A stretch of 64,000 bases of DNA from Clostridia bacterium. GTDB lineage: Bacteria; Bacillota; Clostridia; TANB77; RGIG9151. Each line of letters begins with the position of its first letter. The first letter of the stretch is position 1. The translations under genes were made by a program, and so were the position numbers. Under the pieces are notes generated by a model. That model was not told the DNA's origin. It saw only the letters and a program-made list of their open reading frames with translations, and ran no database searches. Shown here piece by piece: positions 51,260 through 61,701 of the stretch. The stretch covers positions 41,572-105,571 of the forward strand of contig JAFSUW010000029.1 of NCBI GenBank assembly GCA_017450465.1, given 5' to 3'.

Positions 51260-51384
51260 GTGTTTTTACGAAATTTTTCCAAAAAAATAGCAAAAAATCA
51301 GTATTTTCTTAAAAAATCTGATTACCCATATAATTTATCGGTATTTTTTAAAATTTTCTTAACAAAATTGCTATTTAAAACGCA

Positions 51385-51417
51385 AAAGAGGCGGAAGTTT
51401 TTCTTCCGCCTCTTTTA
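51385..51417. terminator. terminator downstream of flagellin 51424..52584
   Basis: aaaagaggcggaagtttttcttccgcctctttt. Confidence 0.7.
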
Positions 51418-51423
51418 TTTTTA

Positions 51424-52584
51424 TTATAGTCCTTGTAATAATTGTAATACTTGATTTGGTTGTTGATTTGCTTGTGCAAGCATTGCTGTAGCTGTTTGGT
51501 TAAGTATACTATCTTTTGTATATGTAACCATTTCAGCTGCCATATCAACATCACGAATACGTGATTCAGCAGCTGTTAAGTTTTCTTCACTCGCAGCTAA
51601 GGCATCTAAGGTATATTCCAACCTGTTCTGATAAGCACCAAGATCGCCTCTTGCGCTTGTTAATATATTTAACGCATTATCTATTGCATCTAGAGTATCA
51701 CATGCTTGATCTACGTCATCTATACTTAAATATGTAAGTCCAAGTGCAGCTGAACGCAAGTCTGGCATTTCTATTGTAAGAGCTCTATCTATTGAATTTG
51801 CACCAATTTGAAGGTTTGTCTTTCCTCCAGGTGATGTTTGTATCTTAAGTCCACTAATACTTGCAAGTGTCATATCCTTAAAGTTAAACTTAATACCAAC
51901 ATTTGAGCCATCTGCACCTTCAAACCTCATAAATCCAGAATATTTTGCATCTGTAATTGGGCCTGTTGTACTTGTTGCTGTATGTGTAGCTCCTTGTATT
52001 GAATAAGTAACTGTTACAACACCATCGCTATCTACACTAAAAGTATATTCTGTTTCATTCTCTGCGCCTGCAACATCTAATGTTTTTATTCCTTCAATTA
52101 AATCATATCCACCATCGGCATTTGCTTGATAAACAGTTGAATTAGCCTTGTCAGCTGACATTCCAAGTGTACCTTTTAATAAGTACGTACCATTAAATGA
52201 AGCTGTTTCTGCTATTCTATCAACCTCATCCCTAAGTTGTACTATCTCGGCTGTTATTGCTTCTTTTTCACCTGTTGATAGTATACCATTCATAGATTGA
52301 ACTGAAAGTTCTCTCATTCTTTGGAAAATATCACTAACTTGTTGTAATGCACCTTCTGCTGTTTGAATCATTGATATACCATCTTGTGCATTAAGCTGGG
52401 CCTTTTCCAAACCTCTTATCTGTGCTCTCATCTTTTCACTAATAGCAAGACCTGCAGCATCATCGCCTGCACTGTTAATTCTTAAGCCTGATGATAATTT
52501 CTCAAGTGAGCTTACTGTTCCTCTCTGGTTTACTACCAATTGATTTTGGGCATTAATTGCCGAAATGTTGTGATTAATCCTCAT
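51424..52584 (-). CDS. flagellin (386 aa, divergent paralog)
   Basis: MRINHNISAINAQNQL N-terminus and ...QPNQVLQLLQGL C-terminus. Confidence 0.95.
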   Translation of the reverse strand: MRINHNISAINAQNQLVVNQRGTVSSLEKLSSGLRINSAGDDAAGLAISEKMRAQIRGLEKAQLNAQDGISMIQTAEGALQQVSDIFQRMRELSVQSMNGILSTGEKEAITAEIVQLRDEVDRIAETASFNGTYLLKGTLGMSADKANSTVYQANADGGYDLIEGIKTLDVAGAENETEYTFSVDSDGVVTVTYSIQGATHTATSTTGPITDAKYSGFMRFEGADGSNVGIKFNFKDMTLASISGLKIQTSPGGKTNLQIGANSIDRALTIEMPDLRSAALGLTYLSIDDVDQACDTLDAIDNALNILTSARGDLGAYQNRLEYTLDALAASEENLTAAESRIRDVDMAAEMVTYTKDSILNQTATAMLAQANQQPNQVLQLLQGL

Positions 52585-52678
52585 GATTAATTCCTCCTTA
52601 TTTTTCTACCGTCTTGTCATTCCATGATCTTAAAGCTTTAAACATCCATAATAATGTCTTAAATCCTTTTCAAAAACA

Positions 52679-52705
52679 TTATCGTATTTTAGCGAAAATA
52701 CTTTA
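52679..52705 (-). promoter_or_regulatory. candidate sigma-D promoter for flagellin 51424..52584
   Basis: On the minus strand, TAAA-N15-TACGATAA. Confidence 0.4.
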
Positions 52706-52838
52706 TAGTTTTTTTAAACTTTTTTTGGTTTTTTAAAAAAAATATAGTGCATTTCCGCATAAACAGGGGGTTTTAATATTATTAATTTTTTTATTAAAAT
52801 ATTAACCCGCCTGTTTATACTTAAAAAGCACCATATAA

Positions 52839-53948
52839 TTATTGCAATAATGATAAAATTGTTTGAGGCTGCTGATTTGCTTGAGCAAGCATTGCCATAG
52901 CTGATTGGTTAAGTATACTATTCTTTGTATACGATACCATCTCACTAGCCATGTCTACATCACGAATACGTGATTCTGCATTGGTCAAGTTTTCATGTGT
53001 AGCCGTCAAGTTCTCAACTGCATACTCCATTCGATTCTGCATTGCTCCTAATACGGAACGTTGGGCCGATACTTTATCTATTGCATAATCGATTGCAATT
53101 AGAGTATTGTTGGCTTCTTCATTAGTTGCAATTGAAATAGTCATCTTTTCTGAGTTTGCTGATAAACCTGTAGAGCTCATATCATCAATACCAATAAATA
53201 ATAAATCTTCTTCATAAGTATTGGCACCAATTTTGAATACTGCTCTTTTGCCATCATCAGATTCAGTTTGTGTTGTAATAGTTGCGCCATTTAATTCTGA
53301 TGCAGCAATTGGAGTTTTACCAAGATTTATTTCAATTCCTGCGGATGCAAATCTGACAACTCCGCTTATTGTCTGACCTATAGTAAGTTCTTCTTTACCA
53401 TCTGTTCCCCAGGTGATTTTTGCCTTACCATCTGTCACCTCTATCGAATACGTTGTACCTTCTTCGGCATTTGATACACTAACTGAATACTTCTCATCTA
53501 CTGTGGTTGAATCCAGTTGTGTTGCAAGAGAACCATCTAGTATTTTCTTTGAGTTAAACGTACTAGATGTTGCAATTCTGTCTATCTCATCTCGAAGTGT
53601 TGCAAGTTCTGTCGAAACAGAAACTCGATCATCTTCTGTTAATACACCTGTATTTTGTGATTTAACTACTAGTTCTCTCATTCTCTGCAATATATCAGTA
53701 GTTTGTTGAAGAGCACCTTCTGCCGTTTGTATCATTGAGATACCATCTTGGGCATTGTTTTTAGCTTGTGCTAAACCTCTAATTTGTGCTCTCATCTTTT
53801 CACTGATTGCAAGTCCCGATGCGTCATCTGCCGCACTGTTAATTCTTAAACCTGACGATAGTTTCTTTATAGAACCCTCAACTCTTGATTGGTTCCCTGA
53901 TAATTTGTTTTGGGCATTAATAGCCATTATATTTGTATTTATTCTCAT
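52839..53948 (-). CDS. flagellin (369 aa)
   Basis: MRINTNIMAINAQNKL...[16 protein letters not shown]. Confidence 0.95.
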   Translation of the reverse strand: MRINTNIMAINAQNKLSGNQSRVEGSIKKLSSGLRINSAADDASGLAISEKMRAQIRGLAQAKNNAQDGISMIQTAEGALQQTTDILQRMRELVVKSQNTGVLTEDDRVSVSTELATLRDEIDRIATSSTFNSKKILDGSLATQLDSTTVDEKYSVSVSNAEEGTTYSIEVTDGKAKITWGTDGKEELTIGQTISGVVRFASAGIEINLGKTPIAASELNGATITTQTESDDGKRAVFKIGANTYEEDLLFIGIDDMSSTGLSANSEKMTISIATNEEANNTLIAIDYAIDKVSAQRSVLGAMQNRMEYAVENLTATHENLTNAESRIRDVDMASEMVSYTKNSILNQSAMAMLAQANQQPQTILSLLQ

Positions 53949-54115
53949 TTTACATTCCTCCTTGAATTTTTAAGAAAACCCTTCCGTGGGCTTCCTAGAG
54001 AGCTTTTTACCTCGGCCCTGAGTTTAACTCTCTAAAACCTTCATCGTCATTTTTTTTCATTACTTAACATTTATTTAAAAAATTTTTTAGAGAACAAGTT
54101 TATATTTAAAAATAA

Positions 54116-54143
54116 AAAGGAGGCCTAAGCCTCCTTTTTATTT
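54116..54143. terminator. terminator downstream of flagellin 54148..55254
   Basis: aaaaaggaggcctaagcctccttttt. Confidence 0.65.
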
Positions 54144-54147
54144 TTTA

Positions 54148-55254
54148 TTAACCAAGTAATGATAAGATTTGTTGTGGTTGTTGATTTGCTTGTGCAAGCA
54201 TTGCCATAGCTGATTGATTTAAGATGCTATTCTTTGTGTAAGTTACCATTTCAGCAGCCATGTCTACATCACGGATACGTGATTCAGCAGCTGTTAAGTT
54301 TTCACTTGTTGTTGATAAGTTTTCTACTGCGTATTCCATTCTGTTTTGAACAGCACCTAAACTTGCTCTTTGGCTTGATACTTTGTTGATTGCATTATCA
54401 AGATTTTTTAATGCTGCATCTGCATTTGCTGTTGTACTTATATCAATAGTTACACCTAATGCTGCTGATCTCATATCACCAATACCAACAAATAATTGGT
54501 CTTCGTCATATGTGTTAGCACCAATTTTAAATGCAGCTTTTTCTTTTCCACCTGCAGCAGATGCTGCTTTTGTTACTATATTTTTGCCGTTTATTGATGT
54601 TGCTGCAACATCAGTTGTACCAACATCAATTTCTATTCCAGCATTTGCAAATTTAATTACACCATTTATTGTTTGTGGTACAGCAACTTCTTCTGTTTTT
54701 GCAGTACCATCAGTCCAACTAAGCGTAATCTTACTTGATGTAGCTGCTATAGAATATGTAATTCCTTCTTTTGCGTTTGCTACATTTACTTTGCAATTAC
54801 TGCCAAGTGTTGTAGTGTTTAATTGTGTACCCATATCACCATTTAATAATTTCTTTGTATTAAATGTTGTTGAGTTTGCAATTCTATCTACTTCATCTTT
54901 TAATGCTGTTAATTCTGTTGTGATTGATGTTTGGTCATTTGATGTTAAAACACCAGTGTTTTGTGCCTTTACAACTAGTTCTCTCATTCTTTGAAGTATA
55001 TCTGTTGTTTGTTGTAATGCACCTTCTGCTGTTTGTAACATAGAAATACCATCTTGAGCATTACTTTGTGCTTGATTTAAGCCACGAATCTGTGATCTCA
55101 TCTTTTCACTTATAGCAAGGCCAGATGCATCATCTGCAGCTCCGTTAATTCTTAAACCTGATGATAATTTTTTGATTGATCCTTCTACTTTACCTTGATT
55201 ACCTGTTAATTTGTTTTGGGCATTTAATGCCATAATATTGGTATTAATTCTCAT
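54148..55254 (-). CDS. flagellin (368 aa)
   Basis: Conserved flagellin N- and C-termini. Confidence 0.95.
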   Translation of the reverse strand: MRINTNIMALNAQNKLTGNQGKVEGSIKKLSSGLRINGAADDASGLAISEKMRSQIRGLNQAQSNAQDGISMLQTAEGALQQTTDILQRMRELVVKAQNTGVLTSNDQTSITTELTALKDEVDRIANSTTFNTKKLLNGDMGTQLNTTTLGSNCKVNVANAKEGITYSIAATSSKITLSWTDGTAKTEEVAVPQTINGVIKFANAGIEIDVGTTDVAATSINGKNIVTKAASAAGGKEKAAFKIGANTYDEDQLFVGIGDMRSAALGVTIDISTTANADAALKNLDNAINKVSSQRASLGAVQNRMEYAVENLSTTSENLTAAESRIRDVDMAAEMVTYTKNSILNQSAMAMLAQANQQPQQILSLLG

Positions 55255-55311
55255 AATAATTCCTCCTTGAATTTATTAATTTCTTAACCTCCATGTAACC
55301 TTATCTCTTAA

Positions 55312-56136
55312 TTAGCTTAAGAGTGATAAAATTTGTTGTGGTTGTTGATTAGCTTGTGCAAGCATTGCCATAGCTGATTGATTTAAGATACTATTCTTTG
55401 TGTAGTTAACCATTTCAGCAGCCATATCTACGTCACGAATACGTGATTCAGCAGCTGTTAGGTTTTCCTTAGTTGTTGATAAGTTCTCAATTGCATATTC
55501 CATTCTATTTTGTACAGCACCAAGACTTGCTCTTTGGCTTGAAACTGTATTTATGGCAGTATCAATATTGGTTAAAGCAGCATTTGTGTTTGTTGCATTA
55601 CTAATATTGATTGTTACGCCTAAATCAGATGATTTCATAGAAGCAATATTTACTGTAATTGAGTCAACTGTATCTGTATTTGCACCTATTTTAAATGTTG
55701 CACCATTTGTTGCTAAACTACCATCTAACAATTTTTTGGTATTAAAAGTTGTTGAATTAGCGATTCTATCAATTTCACTGTTTAGTGCTGTTAATTCTGT
55801 CGTTATTGATGTTTTATCGTTATCTGTTAAAACACCAGAGTTTTGTGCTTTTACAACTAGTTCTCTCATTCTTTGAAGAATGTCTGTTGTTTGTTGTAAT
55901 GCACCTTCTGCTGTTTGGATCATTGATATACCATCTTGGGCATTGCTTTGTGCTTGACCAAGACCACGAATCTGTGCTCTCATCTTTTCACTTATAGCAA
56001 GACCAGATGCATCGTCAGATGCACTGTTAATTCTTAAACCAGATGATAATTTCTTAATTGATCCTTCAACTTTACCTTGGTTACCGGTTAATTTGTTTTG
56101 AGCATTTAATGCCATAATATTGGTATTTATTCTCAT
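55312..56136 (-). CDS. flagellin (274 aa)
   Basis: Conserved flagellin N- and C-termini with a short central domain. Confidence 0.95.
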   Translation of the reverse strand: MRINTNIMALNAQNKLTGNQGKVEGSIKKLSSGLRINSASDDASGLAISEKMRAQIRGLGQAQSNAQDGISMIQTAEGALQQTTDILQRMRELVVKAQNSGVLTDNDKTSITTELTALNSEIDRIANSTTFNTKKLLDGSLATNGATFKIGANTDTVDSITVNIASMKSSDLGVTINISNATNTNAALTNIDTAINTVSSQRASLGAVQNRMEYAIENLSTTKENLTAAESRIRDVDMAAEMVNYTKNSILNQSAMAMLAQANQQPQQILSLLS

Positions 56137-56198
56137 TTTACATTCCTCCTTGAACTATAAACATCTTCCCTGACTTATTAAAGTCATGAGCCTATATT

Positions 56199-57023
56199 CT
56201 AACCTAATAGTGAAAGTATTTGTTCAGGTTGTTTATTTGATTGTGCAAGCATTGCCATAGCAGTTTGATTTAATATACTATTCTTTGTATAGTTAACCAT
56301 TTCAGCAGCCATATCTACGTCACGAATACGTGATTCAGCAGCTGTTAAGTTTTCTTGTGTTGTAGATATGTTTTCAATAGCATATTCCATCCTGTTTTGG
56401 ACAGCACCAAGATTTGCTCTTTGGCTTGAAACTGTATTAATAGCAGCATCAAGTTTTGTTAGAGCTTCATTAGTCTTAGCGGCAGTCGAAATATCAGTAG
56501 ATATATTAAGTGCTGATGAAGTCATCGCATTAATATTTACTGTTATTGAATCAACCGCATCTGTGTTTGCACCAATTTTAAATGTTGCACCAGTACTTGC
56601 TAAATCACCGTTTAGCAACTTTTTGGTGTTAAATGTTGTTGAATTAGCGATTCTATCAACTTCACTGTTTAGAGCTGTAAGCTCTGTAGTGATTGATGTT
56701 TTATCGCTATCCGTAAGAACACCTGAATTTTGTGCTTTAACTACTAGTTCTCTCATCCTTTGTAAAATATCAGTCGTTTGCTGAAGTGCACCCTCTGCTG
56801 TTTGAATCATTGATATACCATCTTGGGCATTACTTCCAGCTTGGGCAAGTCCTCTAATCTGAGCTCTCATCTTTTCACTTATAGCAAGACCAGATGCATC
56901 ATCAGATGCAGTATTGATCCTTAAGCCAGATGATAATTTCTTGATAGAAGACTCAACGTGACCATTATTTTTACTAAGCATATTCCTAGCATTTAAGGCC
57001 ATAACATTGGTATTAATCCTCAT
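56199..57023 (-). CDS. flagellin (274 aa from MRINTN)
   Basis: Start moved two codons in, to MRINTNVMALNARNML, which has an RBS. Confidence 0.9.
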   Translation of the reverse strand: MRINTNVMALNARNMLSKNNGHVESSIKKLSSGLRINTASDDASGLAISEKMRAQIRGLAQAGSNAQDGISMIQTAEGALQQTTDILQRMRELVVKAQNSGVLTDSDKTSITTELTALNSEVDRIANSTTFNTKKLLNGDLASTGATFKIGANTDAVDSITVNINAMTSSALNISTDISTAAKTNEALTKLDAAINTVSSQRANLGAVQNRMEYAIENISTTQENLTAAESRIRDVDMAAEMVNYTKNSILNQTAMAMLAQSNKQPEQILSLLG

Positions 57024-57064
57024 ATACATTCACCCTCTTCCTTGAAGGATTATGTATGAGGCTC

Positions 57065-57112
57065 AATATTCTTTTGGTTTAATTTTTAATGTGGCTCACA
57101 ATATTGAGCCCC
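57065..57112. terminator. hairpin terminator between flagellin genes
   Basis: gaggctcaatattc...gaatattgagcc inverted repeat. Confidence 0.5.
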
Positions 57113-57126
57113 ATACGACCTACTTA

Positions 57127-57960
57127 TTACCTAAGTAATGATAAAATTGCTTGTGGTTGTTGATTAGCTTGTGCAAGCATTGCCATAGCTGATTGATTTA
57201 AGATACTATTCTTTGTGTAACTTACCATTTCGCTAGCCATATCTACATCACGAATACGTGATTCAGCAGCTGTTAAGTTTTCACTTGTTGTTGATAAGTT
57301 TTCTACTGCATATTCCATTCTGTTTTGAACAGCACCAAGTTTTGCTCTTTGACTTGAAACTGTATTAATAGCAGCATCAAGTTTTGTTAAAGCTGTGCTT
57401 GCTCCACCAGCTGTTGTAATATCTAACGCATTAATTTGAAGACTTGTTGCATCCATAGCACCTATTGTAACTTTAATTGAGTCAACTGCGTCTGTGTTTG
57501 CACCAATTTTAAATACTGCTGCATCAGCAGCGTCTTCTAAGTCACCATTTAATAATTTCTTGGTGTTAAATGTTGTTGAAGAAGCAATTCTATCAACTTC
57601 ATTTTTTAATGCTGTTAACTCTGTTGTAATAGATGATTGGTCTTGGCTTGTTAACACACCAGTATTTTGTGCTTTTACAACTAGTTCTCTCATTCTTTGA
57701 AGAATGTCTGTTGTTTGTTGTAATGCACCTTCTGCTGTTTGAATCATTGATATACCATCTTGAGCATTACTTTGTGCTTGATTTAAGCCACGGATCTGTG
57801 ATCTCATCTTTTCACTTATAGCGAGGCCTGATGCATCATCAGCAGCTCCATTAATTCTTAAACCTGATGATAATTTCTTGATTGATCCTTCAACTTTACC
57901 TTGGTTACCTGTTAACTTATTTTGGGCATTTAATGCCATAATGTTTGTATTAATTCTCAT
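57127..57960 (-). CDS. flagellin (277 aa)
   Basis: Conserved flagellin termini. Confidence 0.95.
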   Translation of the reverse strand: MRINTNIMALNAQNKLTGNQGKVEGSIKKLSSGLRINGAADDASGLAISEKMRSQIRGLNQAQSNAQDGISMIQTAEGALQQTTDILQRMRELVVKAQNTGVLTSQDQSSITTELTALKNEVDRIASSTTFNTKKLLNGDLEDAADAAVFKIGANTDAVDSIKVTIGAMDATSLQINALDITTAGGASTALTKLDAAINTVSSQRAKLGAVQNRMEYAVENLSTTSENLTAAESRIRDVDMASEMVSYTKNSILNQSAMAMLAQANQQPQAILSLLR

Positions 57961-58016
57961 AATAATTCCTCCTTGAATTTTTTTTAATAATTTTTCTTCC
58001 TTGATCTAACAAATTA

Positions 58017-58457
58017 CTATTCTAGCAATTTTAGTATCTGTTCGGGTTTTTTATTTGCTTGGGCTAATATCGCACTCTTTGAATGGTTAATCATACGACT
58101 CTTGGTCTCATTTACCACTTCTTCAGCCATATTAACATCACGAATACGAGATTTAGATGCATTGATGTTTTCAGCAACAATATCATCTTCTCCTTTTATA
58201 GCTACTTCCTTAGATTCGAATAAACCTTCCATATCAGCTAATACTTCATTAGCTTTTGAGTATACTACTTCTGGTTCTTGGCGTTTATCGATTTCCCTCA
58301 TTTGTTCATGCATTTTCTCGTTAACACGAGGATCTACATTTTTCTTGTTTTCGCTTATTTTAAGTCCAGAATTTCTCTCTTCACGAGATTCATCTGGTTT
58401 TCTTGACGCTATGTTTTGAAGACTAAGCGCAGCTACATTATCTATTCTCATATTCAA
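58017..58457 (-). CDS. mini-flagellin-like protein (146 aa; flagellin D0 N- and C-terminal segments only, charged linker)
   Basis: MNMRIDNVAALSLQNIA... at the N-terminus and ...SRIRDVNMAEEVVNETKSRMINHSKSAILAQANKKPEQILKLLE at the C-terminus. Confidence 0.7.
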   Translation of the reverse strand: MNMRIDNVAALSLQNIASRKPDESREERNSGLKISENKKNVDPRVNEKMHEQMREIDKRQEPEVVYSKANEVLADMEGLFESKEVAIKGEDDIVAENINASKSRIRDVNMAEEVVNETKSRMINHSKSAILAQANKKPEQILKLLE

Positions 58458-58504
58458 TCCCCTCCTCCCTGAAACAATAAATTCCTTTTATTTTTTTTAC
58501 TCAT

Positions 58505-58530
58505 GTAGTAGGCGAGTAAATCGCCCCTAC
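58505..58530. repeat. GC-rich hairpin (GTAGTAGGCG...CGCCCCTACA family)
   Basis: gtagtaggcgagtaaatcgcccctacaa. Confidence 0.5.
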
Positions 58531-58532
58531 AA

Positions 58533-59357
58533 TTAGCTTAAGAGTGATAAAATTTGTTGTGGTTGTTGATTAGCTTGAGCAAGCATTGCCATAGCTGATT
58601 GATTTAAGATGCTATTCTTTGTGTATGTAACCATCTCAGCAGCCATATCTACGTCACGAATACGTGATTCAGCAGCTGTTAAGTTTTCACTTGTTGTTGA
58701 TAAGTTCTCGATAGCATATTCCATTCTGTTTTGTACTGCACCAAGTTTTGCTCTTTGACTTGATACTGTATTGATTGCTGTGTCAAGGTTTGTTAAAGCA
58801 TCATCTGCAGCTGTCTTTATATTGATTGTAATACCTAAAGCAGCAGATCTCATGTCACCAATTGTGATTGAGATTGAGTCAACTGCGTCTGTATTAGCAC
58901 CAATTTTAAATGTTGCTGCATTTGCTGCTAACTTCAAATCACCATTTAATAGTTTCTTTGTGTTGAATGTTGTAGAACTTGCGATTCTATCAACTTCATC
59001 TTTTAATGCTGTTAATTCTGTTACTATTGAGTCTTGGTCATTTGTTGTTAAAACACCAGTATTTTGTGCTTTTACAACTAGTTCTCTCATTCTTTGAAGA
59101 ATGTCTGTTGTTTGTTGTAATGCACCTTCTGCTGTTTGGATCATTGATATACCATCTTGAGCATTACTTTGTGCTTGGTTAAGTCCACGAATCTGTGATC
59201 TCATCTTTTCGCTTATAGCGAGGCCTGATGCATCGTCAGAAGCTCCGTTAATTCTTAAACCTGATGATAATTTCTTGATTGATCCTTCTACTTTACCTTG
59301 ATTACCTGTTAATTTGTTTTGGGCATTTAATGCCATAATGTTTGTGTTAATTCTCAT
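58533..59357 (-). CDS. flagellin (274 aa)
   Basis: Conserved flagellin termini. Confidence 0.95.
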   Translation of the reverse strand: MRINTNIMALNAQNKLTGNQGKVEGSIKKLSSGLRINGASDDASGLAISEKMRSQIRGLNQAQSNAQDGISMIQTAEGALQQTTDILQRMRELVVKAQNTGVLTTNDQDSIVTELTALKDEVDRIASSTTFNTKKLLNGDLKLAANAATFKIGANTDAVDSISITIGDMRSAALGITINIKTAADDALTNLDTAINTVSSQRAKLGAVQNRMEYAIENLSTTSENLTAAESRIRDVDMAAEMVTYTKNSILNQSAMAMLAQANQQPQQILSLLS

Positions 59358-59751
59358 AATTATTCCTCCTTGAATATTTTTTTCTTCTTATAATAAGAAG
59401 AGTTCCTTAAGAAGATAAATCCTTTTACCTTCTCTTTACTAATTTACTTAGTACCATCCTCCTTTAGGTGAATGATTTTCTTCCGTGAATTTAGGTGTCA
59501 TTAAAATATTTTTGACTTATTATGTCCCGACCAATTCTTTTGGAAGTGACTAATCTACTTCGCCGTATCATAAATTAATCATTTATGTAATTTTTACAAC
59601 GCTAAAGTTAAAGCCGTATAACCTTATTATTGTAAAAAAATTACCAAAACTTTTTAAACCTTAAATAGAACAGTAAATTTAGTTTGTAGTTCTAGATATT
59701 AGTTATAAGAGTAGCCCCCTCACTAATATCTAGAAATACATTTACTGCTTA

Positions 59752-60576
59752 CTATCTAAGTAATGACAAAATTTGTTGTGGTTGTTGATTAGCTTGTGCT
59801 AACATTGCCATAGCTGATTGATTTAATATGCTATTCTTTGTGTAACTTACCATCTCAGCAGCCATATCTACGTCACGAATACGTGATTCAGCAGCTGTTA
59901 AGTTTTCACTTGTTGTTGATAAGTTTTCAATTGCATATTCCATTCTATTTTGTACTGCACCAAGTTTAGCTCTTTGGCTTGATACTGTGTTTATTGCATT
60001 ATCTAAGTTTGTTAAAGCTGTACTTGCTGCACTTGCAGTTGTAATATCAGTTGTTACTCCTAAAGCTGTTGATGTCATTGTACCTATTGTTACTGTTATT
60101 GAGTCAACTGTATCTGTATTTGCACCAATCTTAAATGTTGCACCATTTGTTTTTAAATCACCATTTAATAATTTCTTTGTATTAAAGGTTGTTGAAGAAG
60201 CAATTCTATCAACTTCATCTTTTAATGCTGTTAACTCAGTTGTGATTGATGATTGGTCTTGTGCTGTTAAAACACCAGTATTTTGTGCTTTTACAACTAG
60301 TTCTCTCATTCTTTGAAGAATGTCAGTTGTTTGTTGTAATGCACCTTCTGCTGTTTGTATCATTGAGATACCATCTTGTGCGTTACTTTGTGCTTGGTTA
60401 AGTCCACGAATCTGTGATCTCATCTTTTCACTGATTGCAAGGCCTGATGCATCATCAGCAGCTCCATTAATTCTTAAACCTGATGATAATTTTTTGATTG
60501 ATCCTTCAACTTTTCCTTGGTTTCCTGTTAATTTGTTTTGTGCGTTTAATGCCATAATGTTTGTGTTAATTCTCAT
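59752..60576 (-). CDS. flagellin (274 aa)
   Basis: Conserved flagellin termini. Confidence 0.95.
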   Translation of the reverse strand: MRINTNIMALNAQNKLTGNQGKVEGSIKKLSSGLRINGAADDASGLAISEKMRSQIRGLNQAQSNAQDGISMIQTAEGALQQTTDILQRMRELVVKAQNTGVLTAQDQSSITTELTALKDEVDRIASSTTFNTKKLLNGDLKTNGATFKIGANTDTVDSITVTIGTMTSTALGVTTDITTASAASTALTNLDNAINTVSSQRAKLGAVQNRMEYAIENLSTTSENLTAAESRIRDVDMAAEMVSYTKNSILNQSAMAMLAQANQQPQQILSLLR

Positions 60577-60626
60577 AATACATTCCTCCTTGAATTTTTT
60601 TGTATAAAGTAAATCCCTTTACTTTT

Positions 60627-60762
60627 ACTTATTATGTAATTTTTATGACGCTATACTTTTAAATCCAGTACACCCATAAAATTATTACGTTTTTACTTAT
60701 TATGTAACCTTTGGGGTGTTATACTTTTAAATCTAGTACGCCCATAAAATTATTACCTTTTT
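60627..60762. repeat. 2 x 68-bp tandem direct repeat in a flagellin intergenic region
   Basis: acttattatgtaatttttatgacgctatacttttaaatccagtacacccataaaattattacgttttt, then a ~85%-identical second copy. Confidence 0.7.
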
Positions 60763-60794
60763 TTAAATTCAACAAATAAATCTCTTAAATTTTT

Positions 60795-60829
60795 TTGTAG
60801 TAGGCGGACTTATAGTCCGCCACTACATT
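60795..60829. repeat. GC-rich hairpin (TGTAGTAGGCGG family)
   Basis: tgtagtaggcggacttatagtccgccactacatta. Confidence 0.55.
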
Positions 60830-60876
60830 AACGGCTATTTCAATTACTTTTTGTGGGTAAAGAAATCCCTACATTA

Positions 60877-61701
60877 TTAGCTTAAGAGTGATAAAATTTG
60901 TTGTGGTTGTTGATTAGCTTGTGCAAGCATTGCCATAGCTGATTGATTTAATATGCTATTCTTTGTATAACTTACCATTTCGCTAGCCATATCTACATCA
61001 CGAATACGTGATTCAGCAGCTGTTAAGTTTTCACTTGTTGTTGATAAGTTTTCAATTGCATATTCCATTCTGTTTTGTACTGCACCAAGTTTAGCTCTTT
61101 GTGTTGATACTCTATTAATAGCAGTATCTAAGTTTGTTAAAGCTGTTTTTGCATTTTCTGCTGTTGTGATATCAATTGTTACACCTAAATCTGCTGATTT
61201 CATTGAACCAATTGTTACAGTTATTGAGTCAACAGCATCTGTGTTAGCACCAATTTTAAATGTAGCTCCGTTTGTTCCAAGATTTCCATTTAATAATTTC
61301 TTGGTGTTAAATGTTGTTGATTCTGCTATTCTGTCGATTTCATCTTTTAGTGATGTTAACTCTGTTGTGATTGAAGCTTGGTCTTGGCTTGTTAACACAC
61401 CTGTGTTTTCTGCTTTTACAACTAGTTCTCTCATTCTTTGAAGAATGTCTGTTGTTTGTTGTAATGCACCTTCAGCTGTTTGGATCATTGATATACCATC
61501 TTGTGCGTTACTTTGTGCTTGATTTAATCCTCTTATCTGTGCTCTCATTTTTTCACTGATAGCAAGACCAGATGCATCATCTGCTGCACCATTGATTCTT
61601 AAACCTGATGATAATTTCTTGATTGATCCTTCTACTTTACCTTGGTTACCTGTTAATTTGTTTTGAGCATTTAATGCCATAATGTTTGTGTTAATTCTCA
61701 T
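60877..61701 (-). CDS. flagellin (274 aa)
   Basis: Conserved flagellin termini. Confidence 0.95.
   Translation of the reverse strand: MRINTNIMALNAQNKLTGNQGKVEGSIKKLSSGLRINGAADDASGLAISEKMRAQIRGLNQAQSNAQDGISMIQTAEGALQQTTDILQRMRELVVKAENTGVLTSQDQASITTELTSLKDEIDRIAESTTFNTKKLLNGNLGTNGATFKIGANTDAVDSITVTIGSMKSADLGVTIDITTAENAKTALTNLDTAINRVSTQRAKLGAVQNRMEYAIENLSTTSENLTAAESRIRDVDMASEMVSYTKNSILNQSAMAMLAQANQQPQQILSLLS

Noticed and set aside
59685-59745. 13-bp perfect inverted repeat TCTAGATATTAGT/ACTAATATCTAGA downstream of flagellin 59752 as a possible invertible-switch boundary
   Set aside because: It is a single hairpin directly after the stop codon, and no second distant copy flanks a promoter. It is most simply a transcription terminator or stabiliser.
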